A DNA stretch of 64,000 nucleotides from the NCBI RefSeq assembly GCF_009914755.1, contig NC_060947.1, one strand, 5' to 3'. The translations under genes were made by a program, and so were the position numbers. Below, one piece after another: positions 12,405-24,900 of the stretch. Every line of letters starts with the position of its first letter. The first letter of the stretch is position 1. The DNA is from the human T2T-CHM13v2.0 reference genome, Homo sapiens. The notes below the pieces were generated by a model. It searched no databases. It was not told the DNA's origin and saw nothing but the letters and a program-made list of their open reading frames with translations.

Positions 12405-15063
12405 GCAGGCAAAAGCCAGAAATAAAATATTTTTTCAAGAAAGAAAGAATATGCTATTAGAAAGAATATGCACAGGATCTGAGCACAGTTTGGGGAGCTG
12501 GCAGAAGTTTACACAGCCGCATTGCTCCAGAGAAGCCAATGTTTGCCCCCTCCCCCTCCATGACCCAAGCTGCTGCAACATGGTGCCATCTTGTAACCAG
12601 ACGCATTGTGAGAGTGTGTCCTGCTCCAGGATCTGGTAGCCAATGCATCTCCCCATCCCTGTGGCTTTACAGCCATGACACCATACACACATACAATAGT
12701 TCGCCAGCTGAACTGCTGCAGTTAAACTCAGAGAAGTAAAAGGAGACATTACAATTGAAGACATAAAAACATCATAGGGGAGACTATTATGAACTATATG
12801 CCAACAAATTGAAAAGTCTAGAAAAAATTGATAAACTGTAAACACACAACCTACCAATATTGAAGCACAAAGAAATAGAAATCCTGGACAGACCAATAAC
12901 AAGTAACGAGACTGAATGATGGCCACAGTGCTATATTCTACCAAACGTATTTTTAAAAGCAATAAATGTTACTTTTAAGATGAAAATCTATTACGAAAAC
13001 ATAATTCTAAGCTGGTTGATTAACAGTAACTCACAGAAATGTATATATGTTACCCTGATATTTGATATTGTAAGGACTCATGCCCTTAACAAAAATATGG
13101 AGCTAAATTGCTGTGAATAGGGTTGATGGGCAATATCACACACACACAAAATGAGAGGGGCTGACTCAATCTCAGAATAACAGTCATTGGAGGAGAATCC
13201 CTATTTCATTTTTCTGAGATTTTTAGTTTTTTTAATGTTTATTTAAGGTTCAGGGGTACACATGCAGGTTTTTAATATAGTCTACCAAACACCTAAAGAA
13301 GAAATAATGTCAATTATTTTCAAACGACGCAAAAAAAAAATTAAGAAGAGGGAATTCTTGCAAACTCATTCTCTGAAACCAGCATTACCCTGTTACGAAA
13401 ACCAGAAAAGAATACACAACAACAATAAAAACTACAGGCCAATCTCCCTGATGAATATAGACGCAAAAATCCTCAACAAAATACTAGCAAACCAAATTCA
13501 ATAGCACATTAAAAAGATCATTCATGTGGTTTAACGTATACAAACCAGTAAATGTGACATATCACATTAACAGAATCAAAGACAAAAACCATATAATCAT
13601 TTCATTAGATAGAGAAAAAAGCATTTGATAAAATTCAATGTCCCTTCATGATACCAAATTAGGTATACAAGGAATGTACCTCAACGTAATAAAGGCCACA
13701 TGTGACAAACCCACAGCTAGCATCATACCAAATGGGAAATAGTTGAAAGCTTTTTCTCTAAGATCTAGAATAAGACAAAAGTGTTCATTTTCACCACTTC
13801 CAATCAACATAGTACAGGGATCATAGAACAATTATGCAAGAGAAAGAAAATAATACAAATTGAAAAGGAGGCCATCAGCTTGTCTCTGTTTGTACATAAC
13901 ATGATCTTATATATTTAAAAAAAATCCCTAAAACTCCACACACATAAAAACTGTTAGAACTAATGAAGAAATTCAGTAAAGTTGCAGGATATAAAACCAA
14001 CATATGAAAGTCAGTAACATTTCTACGTACCAGTACCAAACTTAATGGAAAAGAAACCAAGAAAGCAATCCCACTTACAACAGCTACAATAAAAATAAGA
14101 TACATGGGAATAAATTTCATCAAAGACATGAAAAACTTTCTACAAGGAAAACTATAAAATATTGATGAAAGAAATTGAAGAGGATACATATAAACAGAAA
14201 GCTATGCCTATGTTCATGAATTAGAATAATTAATATCATTAAAGTGACCATACTACCCATAGTGATCTATGGATTCAATGCAATCCCTATCAAAAAACCA
14301 ATGACATTATTCACAGAAATAGAAAAAAAAATCCTAAAATTCATATAGAACCACAAAAGACCCTGAATAGCCAAAGCAATTTTGACCAAAAAGAACAAAG
14401 CTAAAAGCATCACACTCTGTAATTTCAAAATATATTACAGAGCTATAGCAACCAAAAGAGCATGGTACTGGCATAAAAACAGACATATAGACCAATGGAA
14501 CAGAAAAGAAAACTCAGAATATAAAAGAGAACAGAATAGAGAAATAAATTTGCATACTTACAGCCAACTGATTTTCAGTAAAAGTGCAAAGAACACATAT
14601 TGGAGAAAGGACAGTCTCTTCAATAAATGGCACTGGGAAAACTGAATGTCCACATGCAGAAAAATGAAACTAGACCCTTACCTACAGCCACATACAAAAA
14701 TCAACCCAAAATGGACTAAAGACCTAAAAGACCTGAAATAATAACACTAGAAAAAGAAAACTTAGGGGAAATGTATCATGACACTGGTCTGGGCAAAGGC
14801 TTTTTGGATAAGACCTGATAAGCATGGGTAACAAAAGCAAATATAGACAAACAGGATTACATCAAACTAAAAAGCATCTCCACAGCAAAGATAATGCTCA
14901 ATAAAATGAAGAGACAACTGATAGGAGAAAGTATTTGCAAACTATGTACCTGACAAGGGGTTAATATTCAGGATATATAAGCAACTCAACTCAATAGAAA
15001 AATAACAATAACAAAACAAACCAAATAATTTAGATTTTGAAATGGGCAAAAGACCTCAATACA

Positions 15064-15446
15064 TGTTGGAGGCCGCACAAATGTTTATGATTAGGCACAA
15101 CTGAAGCCTGTCAGTAACAATATGAACCTGTGATCAATTAAGCAACTGACCGGTCATTACCTCCTCCTCCTTGCTCCTGTTACCCAATAAATATGAAGGG
15201 CTGAGAAGCTCGGGCGGCGGTCTTTGCTCACTAGAAGCAGGGAGCTCTTCTCTTCTCTCCACGTTGCCTTTCCTCAAAACAGTTTCTTTTGTTTTATGTT
15301 ATCATTTCTACGTTTGTCCCTTCATTCAGTCATAATGACGGTCTCAAGCAGTAACAGTAGTAAATGCTGTAATGACGGTCTCAAGTAGTGACAATAGTAA
15401 CTGTCATAGTGATGGTCTCAAGTAGTAGCTGTGGCAGTCAGCCACA
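15064..15446 (+). mobile_element. LTR3-like solo LTR (HERV-K HML-6), internally deleted
   Basis: tgttggaggccg start; ctgaagcctgtcag...gaacctgtgatcaattaagc...cccaataaatatgaagggc; ends gccaca; 6-bp TSD aataca/aatata. Confidence 0.8.
15333..15425 (+). repeat. About 3 x 37-bp tandem repeat inside the LTR3-like element
   Basis: ta(a/g)tga(c/t)ggtctcaag recurs at 15333, 15370 and 15407. Confidence 0.9.
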
Positions 15447-15866
15447 AATATACATTTCTCCAAAGATAACACAAAAATGGCCAACAGGGATATGAATAAA
15501 TGCTTAACATCACTAATCTTCATGGAAATGCAAATGAAAACCATACTGAGGTATCTCCTCACTCCAATTAGAATAGCTATTATTAAAAAGACAAAGTAAT
15601 TAATGCTAGTGTGGATGTAGAGAGGGGAACTCTTATACACTATCGTGGGAATGTAAATTAGTATAGCCATTATGAAAAACAGTATAAAAGTTGTCTAAAA
15701 AATTAAAAATAGAACTACCATATGATCAGCAATCCCACTACTGGATCTACATCCCACGGAATGGAAATCATGTCAAAGTGCTACCTGCATTTCCATGTTT
15801 ATTCCAGCATGATTTACAATAGGTAAGATATGGGATCAGTCTAAATGCCCATCAACAGTTGAATGG

Positions 15867-18421
15867 GAGGATTAACTTACAGCTGTCACTCGGATGGACA
15901 GAGCAGTGTGTGGAGACTCACATCATGAACTTTTGCTCCAAGAACTACCACAGGAAAGTTATCTGGAAAGCCAAGACACTCCACAGACCCTTTGAAGGAA
16001 GTGGATTGCTGCTACAAGCCCCTGAAGACAGCCAAAAAACTGTGAGTGCTCTAAGAATGAAAGGGAGATCATCTGCCCCCAAACACAGACCCTCACTGGG
16101 GAACCTGGAGGTCCAGATCACGGGAAAAGGATCTTAACTTACCTGGAGCTGAGAAGAATTTAGAGAGCCGAACAAAGTACGGGGTAGAAGAAGCAGCAAA
16201 AAGAGCCCTGTGGGCTCTCTCAGTCCCCAGGAAAGCCATTTCTGTCTCACGCGGATCCTTGGGGAGGGATGCCAGAGGAACTGGGAAAAGACCACAGGGA
16301 GAAGAAAACTTCCAGCTGAACTTTGTAACACTTTTGACTGAATGCAAAGTTTCCTGGACAGAACCTGGGGGAGAGGGCAAATCGGGAGTGCAGACACAGC
16401 ACAGAAGCCACGGCAGGCAGGCGGCAGACGGAGAGGCATGAAACCTGAAAGCCCTACTTGCTTTCTCAGCTGGGAGGCTGGTAGCCTGGGGCAAGTTCTC
16501 AGCTCTGCTCATCCACTGACTGGAAATAAACTAGGTGCTGTTGGGGAGGCACGGTGGAATTGAGACCAGCCTTTTGGGCTGCTTGGGAGCCAGGTGAGGC
16601 CTATAACTGCTAGCTTTCCCCCATTTCCGCGGTACAGCTTTCCCACTGCCTTGCATGACGCAGCAGAGGCACCCACAGTGCCCCCGGGAACATAACTCCA
16701 TTGGCCTGAGAACCACACCCCATCCCCCACAGCAGCCACAGCAAGCCCTGCCCAAAGAGACTCTGAGCTCAGACAAGCCTAACCTTTCCCCCTCTTAATG
16801 ATCTTTCTCTACCTGTGCTGACAGCAGAAGACAAAGGACATATTCTTTTGGGAGCTCTAGGGCTCCACCCACCGTCTCATCCTCCCTATACTACCACAGC
16901 TGATGCTCTCTTGAAAGCAACACCTCCTGGCTGGAGGCCAACCAACAAAAAACTTGCGCAATAAACAAAACTACAACCAAGGACCCTCACAGAGTCCACA
17001 TCACTCCCCTGCCACCTCCACCAGAGCAAGTGCTTGTATCCACGGCTGAGAGACCTAAAGACAGTTCACATCAGAGGACTCAGTGCAGATACTCCCCAGT
17101 ACCGACCTGGAGCCTGGTAGCTCTGCTGGGCAGCTAGATCCAAAAGAGAAATATCAATTACTGCAGTTCAGCTCTCAGAAAGTCATATTCCTAGGGGAAA
17201 GGGGAGAGCACCATATCAAGGGAGCACCCTGTGGGGGACAAAAGAATCTGAACAACAGCCCTTGAGCCCCAGATCTTCTCTCTGACATAGTCTACCCAAA
17301 TGAGAAGGAAGCAGAGAGACAATTCTGGTAATATGACAAAACAAAGTTCTTTAGCACCCCCAAAAGATCATACTAGCTCACCAGCAATAGATCTAAATCA
17401 AGACGAAATCTCTGAATTGCCAGAAAAAGAATTCAGAAGATTGATTATTAAGCTAATCAAGGAGGCACCAGAGAAATGTGAAGTCCATCTTAAATAAAAA
17501 AAAAATTACAAGATATGAAGGGAAAAATCTTCAGTAAAATAGCATAAATAAAAAACAATCGCAACTTCTGGAAACAAAGAACACACTTAGAGAAATGCAA
17601 AATACACTGAAAAGTCTCAGCAACAGAATCAAACAAGTAGAAGAAATAACTTCCCAGCTTGAAGACAAGGCTTTCAAATTAACTCAATCCAACAAAGACA
17701 AAGAAAAAAGAATTTTAAAAAATGAACAAAGTCTCCAAGAAGTTTAGGATTATGTTAAATGACCAAACCTAAGAATAATTGGAGTTCCTGAGGGAGAAGA
17801 GAAATGTAAAAGTTTGGAAAACATATTTGAGGGAATAATCGAGGAAAACTTCCCTGGTCTTGCTAGAGATCTAGACATTCAAATACAAGAAGCTCAAAGA
17901 ACACCTGGGAAATGTATCGCAAGAAGATCATCACCTAGGCACATAGTCATTAAGTTATCTAAAGTCAAAATGAAGGAAAGAATCTTAACAGCTGTGAGGT
18001 AAAAGCATCAGGCAACCTATAAAGGAAAACCTATCAGATTAACAGCATATTTCTCAGCAGAAACCCTACTAACTAGAAGGGATTGGGGTTTGATCTTTAG
18101 CGTTTTTAAACAAAATAATTATCAGCCAAGAATTTTGTATCCAGTGAAACTAAGCTTCATAAACAAAGGAAAGATACAGTCTTCAATGCTGAAAGAATTC
18201 ACCACTACCAAGCCAGCACTATAAGAACTGCTAAAAGGAGCTCTAAATCTTGAAAGAAACCCTTGAAATACACCAAAATAGAACCTCCTTAAAGCATAAA
18301 TCTCACAGGACCTATAAAACAAAAACACAATGGAAAAAAAAAAAAAGTATTCAGGCAACAAATAGCATGATGAATGGAATAGTACCTCACATCTCAATAG
18401 TAACATTGACTATAAATGGCC
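15867..18421 (+). mobile_element. L1PB-type 5'UTR, ORF1 and start of ORF2; no 3' end
   Basis: gagcagtgtgtggagactcacatcatgaacttttgctccaag 5'UTR; ORF1 remnants MRRKQRDNSGNMTKQ and ENIFEGIIEENFPGLARDLDIQIQEAQRTP. Confidence 0.85.
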
Positions 18422-18703
18422 TCATATTCAGCCAAACTAAGCTTCATAAGCCAAGGAGAAATAAAATCCTTTACAGACAAGCAATGGCTGAGAGATTTTG
18501 TCACCACCAGGCCTGCCTTACAAGAGCTCCTGAAGGAAGTACTAAACATGGAAAGGAACAACCGGTACCAGCCACTGTAAAAACATACCAAATTGTAAAG
18601 ACCATCGACACTATGAAGAAACTGCATCAACTAACAGACAAAATAACCAGCTAACATCAAAATGACAGGATCAAATTCACACATAACAATATTAACCTTA
18701 AAT
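18422..18703 (+). mobile_element. L1PA-type fragment (ORF1 end, spacer, ORF2 start)
   Basis: cagccaaactaagcttcataag...caccaccaggcctgccttacaagagctcctgaagg...atgacaggatcaaattcacacataac. Confidence 0.85.
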
Positions 18704-19189
18704 AAAGAAAGAAAATGTGGTAAATATACACAATAGAATACTATTCAGCCATAAAAATCAATGAAATCTTGACATTTGCAACAACATGGATAAACCTAGG
18801 ACATTATGCTAAATGGAATAAACCAGGCACAGAAAGACAAATACCACATGATCTCACTCATATGTGGAATCTAAAAACATTGATCTCATAGAAGTAGAGA
18901 GTAGAATAGTGGTTACCAGAGGCTTGGAGGGTAGTGGGGAAAGGATGATTAGGAGAGACAGGTCAACAGGTTCAAAGTCATAGTTAGGAGAAATAAGTTC
19001 TGGCATTCTAGTGTGCAGTAGAGTGACTATGATTAACACTATTGTATATTTCAAAATTGCTTAAGAAATGATAAATGTATGAGGTGAGGGATATGCTAAA
19101 TGCACTGATTTGATCATTATACAATGTATACACATGTCAAAATATCACACAGTACTCCAGAAATATATACAATACTATTTGTCAATTTA

Positions 19190-19545
<356 letters not shown>

Positions 19546-19688
19546 TTATATACTTTAAAATGATAAATCTTGTGTAAATTTTACCTCAACAAAAAAATAC
19601 AAATTAAAACTATAAATAGAACAAAAACGTAGGTCAGTTCTCTTAAGGAAAGATTGAATTTTATCCCTATAGAGGTAATTTTTAAAGG

Positions 19689-19833
19689 TTTATTTTATTT
19701 TTATTTTTTATTTTGTAGAGATAGGATCTTACCATGTTGCCCAGGCTGATCTCAAATTCCTCGGCTCAAGCAATCCTCCCGCCTTGGCCTCCCAAAGTGC
19801 TGGGATTACAGGCATGAGCTACCATGCCCCACC
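19689..19833 (-). mobile_element. FLAM/Alu left monomer
   Basis: Single monomer with T-rich tail; ctcaagcaatcctcccgccttggcctcccaaagtgctggg. Confidence 0.85.
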
Positions 19834-20488
19834 TAAAAGATTTTTAAGATTAACATAAAAGTTTAATATTTGAGAAAGAGTCTGGATATTTTTAAGACAA
19901 ATTGGACAAGGGGAATACTGGCAGGGAGGTCAGTTGCAAACGATTCCAGAGGTGATGAGTTTTAATTAAGGCAGGGGGGTAGAGAAAAGAGGATGGCATA
20001 AGATAGAATCTCCAAACAGAAGGTACAGCATTTCATGATTGGGCATAGGATTGAAAGATTACAAAGGACTGGGAACATAACGCTGGTAGAAGTAGATGGC
20101 AGTGTTACCCAAATTGAGTGATGCACCAGGAACAGGTTTGAGGGGAGTCCTAATCCTTGAGCACCTGCAGATCAGGGAAGGGTGCAGACAATGGATTAGC
20201 AGTATGATTGCGATATCTGGGCAAAGGCTAAACTTTTAGAACACTAAGAAACAATTGCTTCTTTGACCAGCCCCAAGGAAAGTAGGTCCATTCAGCCCAC
20301 AAGTATCATCACTTTCCAGAAAAGTGATCATAATTTTGATAGAATAGACAACAGTCTCAGAGACTCTAAGGCTCTAAGGGTGATCCCTGAATGTGGTTGT
20401 AGGCATTAAGTGGGAAAAAAATACTGCCTTCTCAATGTATAAAAATATAGTAGAGTAGGGAGAATGAAAATGGAGGTTAGGTGGAGTC

Positions 20489-21057
20489 CATCTTAGTGCA
20501 TTTCTGCTGCTATAATGAAATACCACAGATTGAGTCATTTATAAAGAACAGAAATTTATTTTCTCACAGTTCTAGAGGCTAAGAAGTCCAAGATCAAGGT
20601 GCCAGTAGGTTCACTGTCTGCTAAGGGCCTGTTCCCTTCTTCCAAGAGGGCACCTTGTTGCTGCATCCTCACATGGTGGAAGGCAGATGGGCAAAACGGA
20701 AGAATGCTATGTCGTCACATGGCAGAAGAGATGGGAGGAAATAAACCCACTCCCTCAAGCCTGTTGGTAAGGGACCTAATCGCATCCATGAGGGTGCTGC
20801 CCTTATGACTTAATCATCTCTTAAAGGCCCCAACTCTTTTTATTTGATTTTATTTTTTGTAGAGACAGGGTCTCCCTATGTTTCCCAGGCTGGTCTAAGA
20901 ATCCTGGGCTCAAGCAATCCTCACACCTCGGCCTCCCACAGTGTTGAGATTACAAGCATAAGCCACTGTACCCGGCCAGGCCCCAACTCTTAATGCTACT
21001 ACCTTGGCAACTACATTTTAATATATGAATTTTCAGGGACACAGTCAGACCACTGTG
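20489..21057 (-). mobile_element. MaLR LTR (MLT1A/MST-like) split by a FLAM
   Basis: tcttagtgcatttctgctgctata...aagtccaagatcaaggtgcc...atgagggtgctgcccttatgacttaatca. Confidence 0.8.
20839..20977 (-). mobile_element. FLAM/Alu monomer
   Basis: Single monomer; perfect 14-bp TSD aggccccaactctt at 20825-20838 and 20978-20991. Confidence 0.9.
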
Positions 21058-21684
21058 GCCCTCGTGCTTCTCCTGTTTTCTTTACAGTTTTCTTTATGTT
21101 TAAAGAAAACAGGCATACAGCTACAACAGGTGTGCATGATAGCCAACAAAAGCAAGCCACCGAATCTACCAACCTCCACATTTCTCCCAAGGGAAATGAC
21201 AACTAAGTCCTCTGGCTGATCCAGGAAAAGACAACAATTAAATGCAAGGTCCTTTACTTCAGAAACCAACATCAACACCAGACTCAATAAACCTTTAGAA
21301 GATCAAATCTTTTTGTGGTTCACAACTACTGTAATAGCAGCCAACTCTTCTCCCTGTATCAGGCTCGCCTCCTTCCAATTCATTTTCCAAAATGTAACCA
21401 GGTAGATATATTTTAAATGAATTTTGATATTTCATTTTATTTACTTTAACCCTTTAATAACTTATCAGGATAAAGTCCAGATTCTACTGTGGCTTGTGGG
21501 GCAGTGAGTAATCTAGTACTGACCTACCTTTCCAACCTCTATTTTTAGACTACTGTCTCCTCTGAATATTTGTACTTCAGAGAGTGATCTAAACTGAGCT
21601 TGGAAAGGTAGGCTGGTGCTAGATTGCTTAGTCCTCCATTAGCTATTTTAGATTGCCCCCTCTTTGATTACAAAAATCCAATGC

Positions 21685-22212
21685 CTTGATCCTATGACCC
21701 ACTTCCACTCCTAAATATCTACTCAAAATATGCTGTTGTTCACCAAAGTAATGTACAAGGATGTTCACAGCAACACTATACATAATAGTCCCAAATGGGA
21801 AACAATCCAGATCACTCACAATAACATAAATAAATGTGGTATCTTCTAAAAAGGGAATACTATACAGCCATGAAATAAAAGTAGATATGGCCATATGCAA
21901 CCATATGAATGAATCTCACAAACTTAGCATCGCGGGGGAAAAGCAGGTACAGAGGAAATCATAGTATATTGTTCCAAGTACATAAAGTACAAAGATAGTC
22001 AAAACTAAACTATGGTGTTGCAAATCAGGGCAGGGTTACCATTGCAGAGAAGCACGGTGGGTCACAAGGGAGCTTCTAGGAAGCTTATAACTCTGCTTCT
22101 TGATCTGTATAGTTACATGGGTGTTTGCTTTGTAAAAATTTGTCAAGCTGCACAGTTAAAATTTATGCAGTATTCTGTGAAGTCATATCACGATAGTTTA
22201 CACTTTAAAAAA
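21685..22212 (+). mobile_element. Old L1 (L1ME-like) 3' end
   Basis: cctatgacccacttccactccta...atgttcacagcaacacta...atgaatgaatctcacaaac. Confidence 0.7.
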
Positions 22213-22549
22213 TTATCTCCCTTCTTACTCAGCATCCACTTTTGCCTGGCTAATGCTTGCTCCTACAACTTTCAGTTTCTTCCAGAAGTTCTTTTCTAAA
22301 CTCTTAGACTATTTTAGCTCATCATGCTGTGTGTTCAAAGTTCCCCGTTGTTCTCCTATCTTAACAACTCTTCATATTTAATTACAAATAGTTGTTGAAT
22401 CAAGTTTTGCAAATTGGCTTTATATATCTTTTCAGGCACATTGTGAAAGTGCACAACTTTTAATAGGGGGCATGCGAAGGGAGTAAGATTTAATAATACT
22501 CCCCGAGGGTAGACTATCAGCCCTGGTGCAGTGCAAAAGATAGAAGGGT

Positions 22550-23188
22550 AAACTAGTTATCTATTGCTGTGTAACAAATTACTACAAATTTAGCAGCTTT
22601 ATACAGCACATATTTATCATCTCATAGTTTCTGTGTTTCATAAATCCAGGCAGAGATTAGCTGGGTCCTCTGTTTTGGGGTCTCCCAAGGCTGCAATTAA
22701 GGTGTCACTTGGGCTGCATTTCTTTTAGGAGTCTCAGGGTCTTAGGCTCACATGGTTGTGGTTGTTGGTCTATCTTTCCATACTGTTCCTTGCAGCTGTA
22801 CGACTGAGATCCCTGCTTTCTTGCTTGCTGCCAGCTGAGGGCCATTCTCTGCTCATAGAGTCTGCTCATATTCCATCTCGCAGGCCCTCTCACAGGCTTC
22901 TCAACATGGTAGCTTCTTCAAGGCCAGCAAGGGAGTGTCTGTTGCTCTAGTCAGCTAAAAGGGACTTATGTAACAGAATTAATTATGAAAATGACATCCT
23001 ACCATCTCTGCCCTATAAGTTAACCTAATCAAGGGATAAATATCTCATCACCTTTTTCACATTCTATTGGCTAGAATAAGACATGTGAGAAGCAAGAAGC
23101 AAATCCAAGGCTCTGCCCACATTCAAGGGGAGGATATTATACAAGGGCATAACTCATTTGGGGTTCTCTTAGAATTCTGCCAACCACA
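22550..23188 (-). mobile_element. MaLR LTR (MLT1E/F-like)
   Basis: ctagttatctattgctgtgtaacaaattac...ttagctgggtcctctg...caaggctgcaattaaggtgtc; ends agaattctgccaaccaca. Confidence 0.75.
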
Positions 23189-23218
23189 AAAAGAGTAAAA
23201 AAAATCCCACAACATAGA

Positions 23219-23928
23219 TGTGGGAGCCAACCTCCATGATGGCACCTAATGATCATACCTTTGTATAATCCCCTCTCACACTGTATCATGTTTGGTTTAT
23301 GTGACCAATAAAGTATGGCAGAAGTAATGGCATGTGACTTCTGAGGCTAGATCATAAAAGACAATGCAATGTTCACCTATTTGTCACTAGTTCTCAGGAA
23401 GGCTAGCTACCATGCCATGAGGACTTTTCAACAGCCCTTTGGAGCGCCCCATGTGGCAAGGAACTCAGACCAACTGCCAATGCCAATAAGGTTGCCAGAT
23501 AAAAAACAGAATGCCAGTTAAATTTGTATTTCAGATAAACAATGAGTAATCGTTTAGCATAAGTATGTCTCAAATACTGCATGGGACATACTTATATTAC
23601 AAAATTTTTCATTGTCTATCTGAAATTCAAATTTAACTCGGCATCCTGAGTTTTGATTTTGTGTATGTTTCCCATAATTTGGTAACCCTACCTGCCAGGG
23701 GCCATGAGAGTGACCAAGCTTCCTTAAGCCCTGCTTCAGTCAAATCATCTGACCTGCAACTGCAGCTGACATTTTAATTGCAACTTTAGGAGAGACCCTA
23801 AATCACAGCCTCCTATGGAAGCTGCTCCCAAATTCCTGCCCCACCCAGAGAGTGAAATAATACATACTTATTATTTAAGGCCACTTGTTTAGGGAGTAAT
23901 CTGTTACACAGTAAGAGAGGACTAATAA
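23219..23928 (+). mobile_element. MaLR LTR (MLT1F-like) split by MER53
   Basis: ggcagaagtaatggcatgtgacttctgaggctagatcataaaagac...ccccatgtggcaaggaact...aagctgctcccaaattcctg. Confidence 0.75.
23487..23690. mobile_element. MER53 palindromic hAT-type MITE
   Basis: TIRs taaggttgccaga / ttggtaacccta; central palindrome agcataagtatgtctcaaatactgcatgggacatacttat. Confidence 0.9.
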
Positions 23929-24462
23929 AATATGTAACTGTCTACCCCATTATCTTGGCCAGCCAGCTTGTCTTTTTTATGAGATACAATCATCAAGAAC
24001 AGTTCCACCATTAAAGGAGCAAACTCCGTTCTCCAGTTGAAGAGTAAGAAGATAGCTCAGAAATGACAGTTAAGTTGGTCATTTATTAATGAAATGCCTC
24101 AGCATCTATTTAATCAAATTAAATCTGTCAAACAGGACTTCTTGTTAGGGAAGTCAGAAGGCATTTTTTGTTGTTCTTACTTACTGAAGTTGGCAACAGC
24201 AGCTTCAACATAACAAAGCCTGACAGCTTGATTCAGCCTAAAAATGCTGATGACAGGCAAGTGATGTCTGCTGTAAACAGAAGGTCCCACAGTTCCTCAA
24301 GCAAACATGAAAATGGCAAATGCACATTACACAACTGAGAGATCAGGCAGTGTCCACTCTGCCGCCGGAGAAATGAAAAGATGTTTAAAAATGATTTACA
24401 CATTATTAAACATGCAGCTGGAGAGAAGAAAGGAAAAATGGGTAACCAAAGGATCTCAAGAG

Positions 24463-24673
24463 TAGTGGTTCTTAAATGGGGGCTGTTTCTCCCCCCTCTC
24501 CCAGGCGACACTTAGCAACTTACAAAAACATTTTTGGTTGTCAGCACTAGGGGCAGGTATTACTGGAAGCTATTGGGTTGACACCAAGGATGCTGCTAAA
24601 CATCCTACACTGCCCCCACATCAAATAATTATCCAGCCCCAAATGTCATCAGTGCCAAGGTTGAGAAACCCTG
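24463..24673 (+). mobile_element. MER20 (hAT-Charlie)
   Basis: tagtggttcttaa...ggatgctgctaaacatcctaca...agtgccaaggttgagaaaccctg. Confidence 0.85.
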
Positions 24674-24804
24674 CTTAAGAGAGGTATAAACACACTATTT
24701 GTTATACTGACAAAACAGATTGCTGTAATTCTCTGGTATTCAGGAAATTTCTACTATGAAAATATTTAGTTCATTGATCTAGTCTATGGCTCTTTGATTT
24801 ATTC

Positions 24805-24900
24805 ATTCTACATTCATATATTCATACATTTATTTGTTCATTCAACAAAATTTTATTGAGTGCTTCAGAGTGCCAGGTGTTTTGGGAAAAACTAACATGC
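24805..24900 (-). mobile_element. L2 3' end
   Basis: ttcattcaacaaaattttattgagtgc...gtgccagg. Confidence 0.55.

Noticed and set aside
12435-12962. 175-aa hydrophobic ORF on the minus strand
   Set aside because: Its first half is antisense L1 ORF2 sequence, which typically reads as hydrophobic; no recognisable domain
15333-15425. Regularly spaced repeats resembling a CRISPR array
   Set aside because: Only three units, the 'spacers' resemble each other, they lie inside an LTR, there are no cas genes and the DNA is eukaryotic
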